DNA of 32,000 nucleotides from sequence record NC_029316.1. The stretch is one strand, 5' to 3'. The translations under genes and the position numbers were made by a program. The notes below the pieces were generated by a model that had not been told where the DNA came from, searched no databases, and worked only from the letters and a program-made list of their open reading frames with translations. Below are positions 9,932 through 17,813 of the stretch, piece after piece (the first letter of the stretch is position 1; each line of letters opens with the position of its first letter). The stretch comes from Acidianus tailed spindle virus.

Positions 9932-11677
9932 GTGACTGAAGTATACCTATTAAATCTATACCCAGGAACGATAACGGTAACTGTAACGGACAAAACAAAC
10001 GGTAACTCAGAAACATACACGCTGTCAGAATACCAAACTATCGATATAACCAACCTTATTTCATCATGTTATGATTGTCTATGTATCAAGGTGAACGGAA
10101 ATTCACGTGGTTGGACTTTGCCACTAAGCCTATTTCCTAGCAGGGCTATTACCATTACTCCTCTAGCTTCACCTGACGGTTCCCCACAGATTAGTATTTG
10201 GAGTACTTCACCCGAAGTTGCACTAAGAGACTGGCTTACAGGTGTAATAGCAGGAAATATACCAACATATCTTTCTGACGCATATCAGGAAATCTCGTCC
10301 TTGATTTCGTTATACAAATCTGGGTCTAGTATATCAACTGCAAAACTCAAGTCAATACTTCAAGAAATATATGACTGCTTGCAGAACGCAATAAACTTCC
10401 AAAAACAGGCTGGAGTTAATTTCGAAGCCATAAGTGCGTGGAGCCAAATTTATCAAAATCTTACAACAATATGTGAGGAACTAAATAATGGAAAACTAAC
10501 TGCAAGTAGCTTACAAAGTCTAAGGTTACCTTCTTACTCTTGTAATTTAGCACAAGCATGTGCAAAAGAATATTGTAATAATCTGAATAACTTCATTTCC
10601 TCTTTAAGTACAACGCAAAGTTCTACGTCGTCAACTAATACGACACCAACTAGCTCTACGCCTTCACCAACTAGTACGACACAGCCGACATCATCTAGCT
10701 CTACACAGAGTTCTACGTCGTCAACTAGTACAACACCGTCTAGTACTACTAGTTCCTCTTCTAGTTCTACACCATCGTCTAGTACTACAAAGACACAGCC
10801 GACATCATCTAGCTCTACACAAAGCAGTACTACACAAAGTACTACGCCATCGTCACCGTCTAGTACGCCATCGCCTAGTACAACGTCATCATCTAGCACT
10901 ACACCATCGTCTAGTACTACTACACCAACTAGCTCTACGCCTTCACCAACTAGTACGACACAGCCGACATCATCTAGCTCTACACAGAGTTCTACGTCGT
11001 CAACTAGTACAACACCGTCTAGTACTACTAGTTCCTCTTCTAGTTCTACACCATCGTCTAGTACTACGCCGTCGTCACCAACTAGTCCTACAACCACACA
11101 ACAGACATCATCTAGTACTACTAGTACAACGCCTTTACAACTATTGCAGGAGGCAACGCCGTCTAGTTCTACACAAAGTTCTACATCATCAACTAGTACA
11201 ACGCCGTCATCTAGCTCTACACAAAGCAGTACTACACAACAGACACCATCTAGTCCTGCAACGCCTTTACAACTACTGCTGGAGAACGATTATATTACAT
11301 TCGAAAATGAATATCCGCAGTATGCAACGTTAGCAAATGTTCTTCAAAATACTCCTGGTCTTACGTTGTCTCAAAAAATATCTACACTTAAACAACAGTT
11401 TTCTGCATATGCACAGCAAGCTTACCAGGCTTTACTTGGTGGGGATAAGCGTAGTGCTAAATATTATGCTAAACAAGCTAACTGTATATTGAATGCGTTA
11501 CAACAATACTCTCAACTATCTGGACAGGACTGCTTAAGTGAATTACAACAATATATACAAGAGCTTAGTAACGTAAATAACGTAGTTTACGATACTGCAT
11601 CACAAGTACAACCTTTAGTGTTAGGCACACAGCCAGCCCCAGTTAGACCTGCACCTAATATAGAAATATTACAATAA
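9932..11677 (+). CDS. Ser/Thr/Pro-rich mucin-like probable virion surface or fibre protein
   Basis: 581-aa ORF with GTG start. Globular N-terminus, ~220-aa STP low-complexity region and helical C-terminal region; TATA-like tatttttaaag lies upstream. Confidence 0.8.
   Translation: MTEVYLLNLYPGTITVTVTDKTNGNSETYTLSEYQTIDITNLISSCYDCLCIKVNGNSRGWTLPLSLFPSRAITITPLASPDGSPQISIWSTSPEVALRDWLTGVIAGNIPTYLSDAYQEISSLISLYKSGSSISTAKLKSILQEIYDCLQNAINFQKQAGVNFEAISAWSQIYQNLTTICEELNNGKLTASSLQSLRLPSYSCNLAQACAKEYCNNLNNFISSLSTTQSSTSSTNTTPTSSTPSPTSTTQPTSSSSTQSSTSSTSTTPSSTTSSSSSSTPSSSTTKTQPTSSSSTQSSTTQSTTPSSPSSTPSPSTTSSSSTTPSSSTTTPTSSTPSPTSTTQPTSSSSTQSSTSSTSTTPSSTTSSSSSSTPSSSTTPSSPTSPTTTQQTSSSTTSTTPLQLLQEATPSSSTQSSTSSTSTTPSSSSTQSSTTQQTPSSPATPLQLLLENDYITFENEYPQYATLANVLQNTPGLTLSQKISTLKQQFSAYAQQAYQALLGGDKRSAKYYAKQANCILNALQQYSQLSGQDCLSELQQYIQELSNVNNVVYDTASQVQPLVLGTQPAPVRPAPNIEILQ
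10643..11067 (+). repeat. Perfect 146-bp direct repeat (10643-10788 and 10922-11067) inside the STP-coding region
   Basis: Both copies read acaccaactagctctacgccttcaccaactagtacgac...ccatcgtctagtactac, with a 279-bp (93-codon) offset. Shorter TCTAGYWCTAC-type units continue on both sides. Confidence 0.85.
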
Positions 11678-11770
11678 GTGAATGGTTGAGGGATAAGTCC
11701 CTACACTAAATGATGGACAAAAGGCTAAGTGGAGCAAAAGGGTTTTATTTTTTCCATGTTATGACTGATT

Positions 11771-12121
11771 ATGCCACTTCATCCAGAGAAGTATGCAAGA
11801 CATGTTTTAAGAGACCTTAGATTATTTCTAGAGGGAAAAATAGATTACCCAGACATAGACCTCAGACTGGCTGGAGAAGAAGCGTGGACTGATGCCTTCC
11901 CTGAGTTAAGAGACGCTATACACAGAATAATAGAGACGATACATAAATTTGCAAGGGAGTACGATTTAGACGCTGGTGGCAGATTGGACTTTGAGGCTGA
12001 AATGGAACTGATTAATGAAATAAAGCCAGAACTGGAGATAGTGGAGAAGTTTGCCATGGGCGATGCGAGGGAAGAGGAAGAATACGAAGAAGAATTAGAA
12101 GAAGAACAAGGGTGTTGTTAG
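11771..12121 (+). CDS. Probable major coat protein, ATV P131-like
   Basis: 116-aa ORF. VLRDLRLFLEGKIDYPDIDLRLAGEEAWTDAFPELRDAIHRIIETIHKFAREY resembles, from memory, the ATV/STSV coat motif 'GxxxYPxVxLxLAGEEAxxxxxxxxxAIHxxxxxI'. Not aligned by tool. Confidence 0.6.
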   Translation: MPLHPEKYARHVLRDLRLFLEGKIDYPDIDLRLAGEEAWTDAFPELRDAIHRIIETIHKFAREYDLDAGGRLDFEAEMELINEIKPELEIVEKFAMGDAREEEEYEEELEEEQGCC

Positions 12122-12504
12122 CCTTTTGATGCAGGTTCATTCTCCTTTTTTCTAACCTTCTTCTCGCTCTGTGTTTGTTTTATCACAGCTGTGATTGCAG
12201 ATAACCTTAACAAGTATATTACTAGATCTTGCCTATTACGATTCTCTCTTAATGCGAAATTTACCCATTTCTCTACATTGTCAAACCCACTCCACTTAAC
12301 GATAAACTTAGCGGACTTTATGCTATATTTCCCTATGACTATACCTTTCACCTGCCTTCCGTTAACCGTTGTATTTATCGGCTCTCCTAATTCGAACGTA
12401 TTATCTTTCTTTATAACTGCTATTAATGCAAAAGATGAGCGAGAAAGTTGGTTTAAAACGAATTTTTGTTGTAGCTTTGATTTAAATAAACTAGTTTTTA
12501 GCAT
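12118..12504 (-). CDS. Hypothetical basic protein
   Basis: The ORF track start is 12543, but a TATA-like ctttttaaatac (~12520) favours the internal start MLKTSLFKSKLQQK at 12504. Its stop overlaps the end of the coat-like gene. Confidence 0.5.
   Translation of the reverse strand: MLKTSLFKSKLQQKFVLNQLSRSSFALIAVIKKDNTFELGEPINTTVNGRQVKGIVIGKYSIKSAKFIVKWSGFDNVEKWVNFALRENRNRQDLVIYLLRLSAITAVIKQTQSEKKVRKKENEPASKG
12182..12195. promoter_or_regulatory. Dispersed palindrome (copy 2, perfect)
   Basis: ATCACAGCTGTGAT, inside the 3' part of the minus-strand ORF 12118-12504. Confidence 0.5.
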
Positions 12505-12616
12505 TAAACAAGATACTTTGTTAGTATTTAAAAAGATTTTCATTTTTTGGAAACAGAGACCAGTCCGTGAAGGTGGAGAGGACTGACCTACTCCCCGTCC
12601 TAAAGGACGAGGCTTG

Positions 12617-13006
12617 TTAAAGTTCGTTCGTATTTTCCTGTATGTTTAGCTCAACCTCTATCTTCTTAATAAAGAACGTAGTTTTGCCTCCTGTACAAAC
12701 TTTAGTATAATAAACAATAACTTCATCACCGTCATCGTTCTCGAACTCGTCAACACCTACCCAACTTTTATAACCGATGTAATTATTTACCTGGTTTTCT
12801 GCACCGTTAATAGGGTAAAAACCTAAGTTATCTAGAAAATCATATAAGTCGTCATATTCCTCTTCTGTTAGCTCTATAGGTTCTTTGAAATCAACTACGA
12901 TTGAAATCGTATTATTTTCAGTTTTTTGTGGTTGACCTACGTTAAATTCTGCATTCTTTGAGTTGAAGAATTCTTTAATGGTTTGAATTACTTCTTCGTA
13001 ATCCAT
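12617..13006 (-). CDS. Hypothetical acidic protein
   Basis: 129-aa ORF, MDYEEVIQTIKEFFNSKNAEFNVGQPQ...; upstream TATA-like cctttttaaa. Confidence 0.6.
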   Translation of the reverse strand: MDYEEVIQTIKEFFNSKNAEFNVGQPQKTENNTISIVVDFKEPIELTEEEYDDLYDFLDNLGFYPINGAENQVNNYIGYKSWVGVDEFENDDGDEVIVYYTKVCTGGKTTFFIKKIEVELNIQENTNEL

Positions 13007-13066
13007 GCGTCTAGTTTATAGTGGGAGTTTAAAAGGATTTTTATCGCTCACGTTATCGCTCATGAA

Positions 13067-13080
13067 ATCACATCTGTGTT
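13067..13080. promoter_or_regulatory. Dispersed palindrome (copy 3)
   Basis: ATCACATCTGTGTT, upstream of the promoter of the 13142 gene. Confidence 0.6.
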
Positions 13081-13141
13081 TTCACGCAAAGCAATATCCT
13101 TAAAAACTCACATCCCGTCAATTTTGTAAGGTGTAAATAAT

Positions 13142-13474
13142 ATGGCACAAAACAAATTAACTGGAACGTATGGGAAAACTCTAGTTCAATTAGCAGTAAA
13201 CGAAGCAATAAACTGGTGTGAAAAGCACGAACCATACGACGTACCACATTGCTTGAAGACGTTCAAAGACATGGGACTACAGTATACGATAGATGTCCTA
13301 AGCGAGGAAGGGAAATTACCACCAATAGACTTAGGCACAAGTGTAGGGGCAGAAAGATTGAAGAAGAGATTCTCAACTTTAATGAAATACTATATAAACT
13401 ACTATAACGATAACTATGGAGATTACAATGAAAACTGGAATGAAGAAGGAGGTTGTTGCAATGAACAATACTAA
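13142..13474 (+). CDS. Hypothetical protein with Cys-Cys near the C-terminus
   Basis: 110-aa ORF. Promoter-like tccttaaaaactc and the palindrome at 13067-13080 lie upstream. Confidence 0.65.
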   Translation: MAQNKLTGTYGKTLVQLAVNEAINWCEKHEPYDVPHCLKTFKDMGLQYTIDVLSEEGKLPPIDLGTSVGAERLKKRFSTLMKYYINYYNDNYGDYNENWNEEGGCCNEQY

Positions 13475-13631
13475 ATTATTTTTTGATCAACAAGGGGGGG
13501 AGTGGGGTCAAGATAGTAGAGGTGGTTATGCCGTGGGAGGTGATTCCGCCGTGACACCCACAGGCACAGCAGATACAGCAGAGGTGGATACAGAGATGTT
13601 TAAGGAGATACAGGAGGTGGTTATGCCGTGA
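13461..13631 (+). CDS. Small Gly-rich ORF (56 aa), translationally coupled on both sides
   Basis: ORF track lists the longer 13416..13631. ATG at 13461 follows aaggaggttg; product MNNTKLFFDQQGGEWGQDSRGGYAVGGDSAVTPTGTADTAEVDTEMFKEIQEVVMP. Overlaps the previous gene's end and the next gene's GTG (GTGA). Confidence 0.45.
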   Translation: MNNTKLFFDQQGGEWGQDSRGGYAVGGDSAVTPTGTADTAEVDTEMFKEIQEVVMP

Positions 13632-14551
13632 CACCCACTCCAATTAATAACTCGAATAAAAGAGATAATAAGCCTTTTGGTGATGCAGAAAAGTTAGCAA
13701 GAATTGTAGACCAGGCTATAATGCAGGCAAAGTTGCAAAGAATATACGACGTCGTTAAAGACTATCAAGTTAACGATACTACTTCTATTATTACTGATGA
13801 CGACCGTGTTGGTGATAATGAGGAGAAAGTAGAAGATGAAGAGGAGGTATTAAGCAAAAGCAAACAACTGGATATCAATGACTTTAACGTTACATTTAGA
13901 GTTCCCAAAAATCTAAGGCTGTACGACCAGGCTAAGTTCACCATATCAATGCTGAAGAGTTTCATTGAGGATCTAGGAGTTAAAGTGAAATATATTGTAA
14001 GCGATAAAAGGAAACTGTGTGCAATAGAGATAGATCTAGGTCAGAAAATGCACACATCTCATGAGCGTTACGTCCTCTCGTTTATCGTAAACGAACAAAC
14101 TTCAAAGAACATTGTTCCTTCTGAGGTAAAGAAAAGGTTTGAGAATGAGTGGAAGTACCTAATGAGGCAGTTGAAGATAACTGGATTTGATTCAATGACC
14201 TACGTCTTTGTAGCTAAGAGGAAGTTCACTTACGGTGCTTACAAACTTGTTGAGAAGATGAATAAGGGTGTAGGGAATATAATATACTCTACAGACATCG
14301 TGTCTGCAATAACCAGGTTCTTCACTAACAATAAATTCCTCGCAATAAGGCTGTACAACTACCTATACAAGATAAAAGGCAACCTGACTGCAAATAACAT
14401 AATGAAAATAACTGGGCTGATATCGATTATCAACGCAATTTATCGCCTGCTCACTGGTAAAGTCGTCGTAGATAAATTAATACTAAAGACGTTAAAGACG
14501 CCTGATGACGTAATCAAGGTGTTGGACAAATTCTTTAGAAAGAAAAAGTAG
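13628..14551 (+). CDS. Hypothetical protein, charged N-terminus and basic C-terminus
   Basis: 307-aa ORF starting with GTG. Low-complexity acidic N-terminus and folded C-terminal two-thirds. Confidence 0.7.
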   Translation: MTPTPINNSNKRDNKPFGDAEKLARIVDQAIMQAKLQRIYDVVKDYQVNDTTSIITDDDRVGDNEEKVEDEEEVLSKSKQLDINDFNVTFRVPKNLRLYDQAKFTISMLKSFIEDLGVKVKYIVSDKRKLCAIEIDLGQKMHTSHERYVLSFIVNEQTSKNIVPSEVKKRFENEWKYLMRQLKITGFDSMTYVFVAKRKFTYGAYKLVEKMNKGVGNIIYSTDIVSAITRFFTNNKFLAIRLYNYLYKIKGNLTANNIMKITGLISIINAIYRLLTGKVVVDKLILKTLKTPDDVIKVLDKFFRKKK

Positions 14552-14563
14552 TTCTAAACTGCA

Positions 14564-14577
14564 AACACACCTGTGAT
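14564..14577. promoter_or_regulatory. Dispersed palindrome (copy 4)
   Basis: AACACACCTGTGAT, at the left edge of the noncoding repeat region. Confidence 0.55.
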
Positions 14578-14589
14578 TTCACTCCCTCT

Positions 14590-15110
14590 CTTTTCTTAGC
14601 ATATCTTATTAAATAATTTTTCTCAGATTTTGGATAATATTTCTTTAAAGTGTTAAAGTGTTAGCAATAGAAGGTTATATTCAACTGTTTATGGTGAAAA
14701 TGTATTAACTTAGTGATTTTTTTAGATTATGTTGAAAATGTATATGAAATGAATGAGGGTTGACTTTCAGTATATGAAATTTCACTTTATCTATATGTTC
14801 TGTTTAAATCTGTTTGTAACTTGTTCTAAAGCAGTTAATGTATAAAAACTGTATAACTGAAAGTGAATTGAAAGGTTGATTTTTTCACTGTAAATAAAAA
14901 ATCTGTTGTGAATTGAAAGAATATGAAACGATTTACATGTTAAATTGAAAGTGTATGAGGGTATATGAAACAAATTAATGTGTAATTGAAAGTTGCTATT
15001 ATACTATATTTAATAGTAGTGAATAACTATATTATACATACTCACAGTGAAGTGAAGAAGCACTACTTTTGTTCCGTTCACTACTTTATTTGCCCTTTAC
15101 TTTTTCTTTT
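14590..15110. other. Repeat-rich AT-rich noncoding region; candidate replication origin
   Basis: No convincing ORF. ATTGAAAG (x4) and TATATGAAA-type (x4) words are reiterated, tgagggt occurs twice, and CTATTA...TAATAG is an inverted repeat at ~14994-15016. Flanked by palindromes at 14564, 15117 and 15243. Confidence 0.35.
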
Positions 15111-15116
15111 CCTGCG

Positions 15117-15130
15117 AACACAGCTGTGAT
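15117..15130. promoter_or_regulatory. Dispersed palindrome (copy 5)
   Basis: AACACAGCTGTGAT, at the right edge of the noncoding repeat region. Confidence 0.6.
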
Positions 15131-15242
15131 AACAAACGACAACCCCGTTAGAATAGCTCTCCGTACAAAACCCTTAAATACTCCTACCAGGAGATTCTCA
15201 CATGCCTCATTTGTTTAACCAAGACCAGTACACAGCACTGAA

Positions 15243-15256
15243 ATCACAGCTGTGTT
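15243..15256. promoter_or_regulatory. Dispersed palindrome (copy 6)
   Basis: ATCACAGCTGTGTT, directly upstream of the 15272 ORF. Confidence 0.6.
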
Positions 15257-15271
15257 CTCACGTGGAGGTGG

Positions 15272-15625
15272 TTGTTGACGATTAAGTGCTTTGATAACGG
15301 GAACGAAATAGTTTGCATAGACGACGAGTCCCAACGCCTTATTAACCTTACAAAGAAATCTACTAAGTTCTTATTGCCTGAAGAAATTGACAAGTTAATA
15401 AAACAGCTTCTTGATAATGAGATCGAAGTAAATGAAGTAGAGTCTCATAGGTACGAGCCGAGGACTTACTATACTATATACAAAGTACGTGGTAAAAAGC
15501 CCTTGTACTTTATGGAAGTTTATGATGGCTCTAGTGCTTCATATAGATATTACTTCTGCAGGTCTAAGAATCAGTGCTTGAAAATAATGGAGGATCTTGA
15601 AGAGGATAATGTGATGCTATATTGA
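15272..15625 (+). CDS. Hypothetical protein
   Basis: 117-aa ORF with TTG start, MLTIKCFDNGNEIVCIDDESQRLINLTKKSTKFLLPEEI... Confidence 0.5.
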   Translation: MLTIKCFDNGNEIVCIDDESQRLINLTKKSTKFLLPEEIDKLIKQLLDNEIEVNEVESHRYEPRTYYTIYKVRGKKPLYFMEVYDGSSASYRYYFCRSKNQCLKIMEDLEEDNVMLY

Positions 15626-15641
15626 CAGTTTGCAGTTGTTT

Positions 15642-15655
15642 ATCACAGCTGTGTT
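15642..15655. promoter_or_regulatory. Dispersed palindrome (copy 7)
   Basis: ATCACAGCTGTGTT, upstream of the promoter of the 15748 small ORF. Confidence 0.6.
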
Positions 15656-15747
15656 TGCAGACAGAAAGAGCAACACATTTCAGAGCAGGTAAGGTCGAAT
15701 TTCTAAACCAGTATCTATTTTTATAGTTGTTCCTAATTAGTTAAGAT

Positions 15748-15888
15748 ATGCAGATCTTAGCAATAATCCTCGTGCTCTTTCTTATATTTTTAGCAGTATT
15801 AGTAGGTCTTCTCCCATATTTTTACGCTAAAACAGAGATGGGTAGAAAGAAAAATAAGGATGAAGAGGAGAAGAAGCTCTACAATTAG
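15748..15888 (+). CDS. Small single-TM protein (46 aa)
   Basis: Manually translated: MQILAIILVLFLIFLAVLVGLLPYFYAKTEMGRKKNKDEEEKKLYN*. TATA-like ctatttttatag lies at ~15714-15725. Confidence 0.5.
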   Translation: MQILAIILVLFLIFLAVLVGLLPYFYAKTEMGRKKNKDEEEKKLYN

Positions 15889-15908
15889 CGAAAACTGGGC
15901 TGAATCCT

Positions 15909-15938
15909 TTTTCACGTTAATAGTTTTCACGTTAATAG
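15909..15938 (+). repeat. Perfect 15-bp tandem direct repeat upstream of the HAD phosphatase gene
   Basis: ttttcacgttaatag|ttttcacgttaatag, followed by TATA-like ggttttaaac at 15961. Confidence 0.85.
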
Positions 15939-15988
15939 AAATCTTTTTTGACTTCAAATAGGTTTTAAACAAAGGAGAGTGGAGGAAA

Positions 15989-16507
15989 ATGATGTTGATT
16001 TTGGATCTAGACGGTACACTTTTCGATACTTCTGCCAGGTGGAACGAATGTGAGAAGATATCTAACAAAAACAAACGCCTGTTTTGGGCACCAGACCGTG
16101 TGTTTTGGGAATGTTATCAATCACCGAGGTTCATGAACCTGGACGAACCTAAGTGGGAAGTTATCAGGTTTGTTAAACGGTTAATTGAGGAGAAAAAGCC
16201 AGAAGTGATAGCAGTAGTCAGCGGTCGTTCAGAAAAACAACGCGAAGCCACTCTCAAACAGCTCTCGGAGATAGGGATAGAGCCGAACGAGGTCGTGCTG
16301 AGGGGCGAGAAGGACTTCAGGAAAGATTATGAGTTTAAGAAATTCGCCATAAAGGAGTTAATGGAAAAATATGACCAGGATAAGGTCATAGTGATAGATG
16401 ATAGTGACGCAGTGCTAGAACACCTGGAAGAAGAAGGGCTGATAGAAATAATCGATGCAAAAACGATAAAGAAAAGAGAGAAAAAGGAGAACATGAATAC
16501 CCCTTAA
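15989..16507 (+). CDS. HAD-superfamily phosphatase, similar to the PNKP 3'-phosphatase domain
   Basis: 172-aa ORF with LDLDGTLFDTS (motif I), VVSGRSEKQREATLKQL (motif II), DFRKDYEFKKFAIKEL (motif III) and KVIVIDDSDAVLEHLEEEGL (motif IV). Same motif order as the T4 Pnkp phosphatase domain. Confidence 0.7.
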   Translation: MMLILDLDGTLFDTSARWNECEKISNKNKRLFWAPDRVFWECYQSPRFMNLDEPKWEVIRFVKRLIEEKKPEVIAVVSGRSEKQREATLKQLSEIGIEPNEVVLRGEKDFRKDYEFKKFAIKELMEKYDQDKVIVIDDSDAVLEHLEEEGLIEIIDAKTIKKREKKENMNTP

Positions 16508-16655
16508 GGAGAGAAAAATTAAGAAGAAGAGATTTTACAAAAATAGGAGTTAAGTGAGCGAAAAGCCTCGCAGACGAGAGGGAGTCAGCAATGTAGGTTA
16601 GAATAGCTCCTCGCACAAAATCCTTTTAAAAACACTACTCTACATATGTTTGAAT

Positions 16656-17276
16656 ATGGAACCAGATAAAATAGCTAAAATCGTATTTGATTGAGTATTG
16701 GATTATTGCAGAAATAACCATGACGCAATGTTAGAATGCGTAGTAAGCCATAGCCCAGACCTATTATCAGTGTTCATAAATTCGTATCTTAAAAACAAAA
16801 AGGCGATAGAAAATTCCGACCAAAAGTTCTGGGAATCAGTCAAAAAAGAGTACGAGAAGTTGTGGAAAAAATGGATGAGAGAAGAAGTCGCCTATTATCT
16901 AGGCGATATTTTGGTACCAGTAGATATAATACAAAATAATGAGCTTAACAACGCCTGTAAAGTTGGATATCTAAAAGCTTACGAAGAGGTATTAAATGAG
17001 TTCGCCGATAGGATCAAGAGTGCATTGCAAGAAGGGGTGCCATTATGCGGGGAATATTTATATGACTGGTACATGAAGATGGCTGATGTTGTCCCAATCA
17101 AAAGACCTGAATATAATGAGCAAGTGTCATATTTTCTGGACTTTTACAATATGTTTGATGACAGTGAGAAATTAGAGGTATTAAGCATTTTGCTAGATGA
17201 GATAGATAGTGCATTGTATGAGATAGAAGAAGAGTATGAGCGTAATTTAGAAGCCTTAATAAATAATAATAGTTAA
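16656..17276 (+). CDS. Hypothetical protein with an in-frame UGA at codon 13 (track ORF starts at 16698, TTG)
   Basis: ATG at 16656 is in frame and ~30 nt downstream of TATA-like ccttttaaaa. It reads MEPDKIAKIVFD-TGA-VLDYCRNNHDAMLECV..., and the 192-aa track ORF begins at the following TTG. Confidence 0.5.
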
Positions 17277-17341
17277 ACTTTTTTAAAAAAATAATAGTAT
17301 TTATTATAAACAGATACAAAAAGGAGAAACCAACCCCAAAG

Positions 17342-17423
17342 CAGAATCCTTTTAAGTATTAGAACGTTTGTTTTTGCATGGAACGTATAGAAGTAGAAAT
17401 CGATAATCCTGAAATTTTAGAAG
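17342..17423 (+). repeat. Copy 1 of the promoter plus 5' end of the CCA-adding enzyme gene
   Basis: cagaatccttttaagtattagaacgtttgtttttgcATGGAACGTATAGAAGTAGAAATCGATAATCCTGAAATTTTAGAAG aligns without gaps to 17987-18068 at a 645-bp offset. Confidence 0.85.
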
Positions 17424-17497
17424 TATTTAAAGGTAGTTACGCATTAGACTTGGATTCTGATTATACATTTCCTTTAATTTTTCTAAAGCTTCTCTAA
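17378..17497 (+). pseudogene. Truncated 39-aa ORF from the duplicated start of the CCA-adding gene
   Basis: MERIEVEIDNPEILEVFKGSYALDLDSDYTFPLIFLKLL*. The first 15 codons match the gene at 18023; the rest runs antisense into the neighbouring gene. Confidence 0.6.
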
Positions 17498-17813
17498 ACG
17501 GATTATTACATTCACCTTCTTCTTCGTCACAGCCATATTTTTCTATCATTCTGTCCCAGTTCCTTTCTGCATCTTCAAGTGCATCATCGGCAGTATCACC
17601 TACACCCCACACACGTTCATTAGCCCCGTCATCGAATGTCGCGATATAGAAATCGCCGAATAGTAAGTTGTCGTCATTATTCTCTATTTTGTACACAACA
17701 ACAGCACTAGGAACATTATTAAACCCATAACTTTCCTCAGTGTCAAACCAGAGTACTTCTTTTACGGTTACTTTCCCAGTTTGACCTTTCCCAGTTAAGT
17801 CTTCTACTTTCAT
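17427..17813 (-). CDS. Hypothetical acidic protein lying between the two copies of the CCA 5' region
   Basis: ORF track start is 17846. TATA-like atttaaata at ~17848-17856 (minus strand) supports the internal start MKVEDLTGKGQTGKV at 17813. Confidence 0.6.
   Translation of the reverse strand: MKVEDLTGKGQTGKVTVKEVLWFDTEESYGFNNVPSAVVVYKIENNDDNLLFGDFYIATFDDGANERVWGVGDTADDALEDAERNWDRMIEKYGCDEEEGECNNPFREALEKLKEMYNQNPSLMRNYL

Noticed and set aside
10534-11097. 187-aa antisense ORF (MVVGLVGDDGVVLDDGV...)
   Set aside because: It is an artefact of the stop-free, low-complexity STP-coding repeats on the plus strand. Its composition is a mirror of the repeat.
10606-11280. Repeat array considered as CRISPR
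   Set aside because: Repeats are in-frame codon repeats without unique spacers of constant length and lie inside a long ORF.
12191-12586. 131-aa plus-strand ORF overlapping the 12118-12504 minus-strand gene
   Set aside because: The minus-strand protein has a better composition and a TATA-like box at the expected distance. The plus-strand frame is Cys/Phe/Leu-rich, as expected of an antisense frame.
13494-13500. G7 tract considered as a programmed frameshift site joining the mini-ORF with the 307-aa gene
   Set aside because: The GTG start at 13628 with GTGA overlap explains the arrangement more simply, and I found no clear downstream stimulatory structure.
14791-14973. 60-aa minus-strand ORF in the noncoding repeat region
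   Set aside because: Phe/Ser/His-rich product with no promoter evidence; it consists of the short AT-rich repeats.
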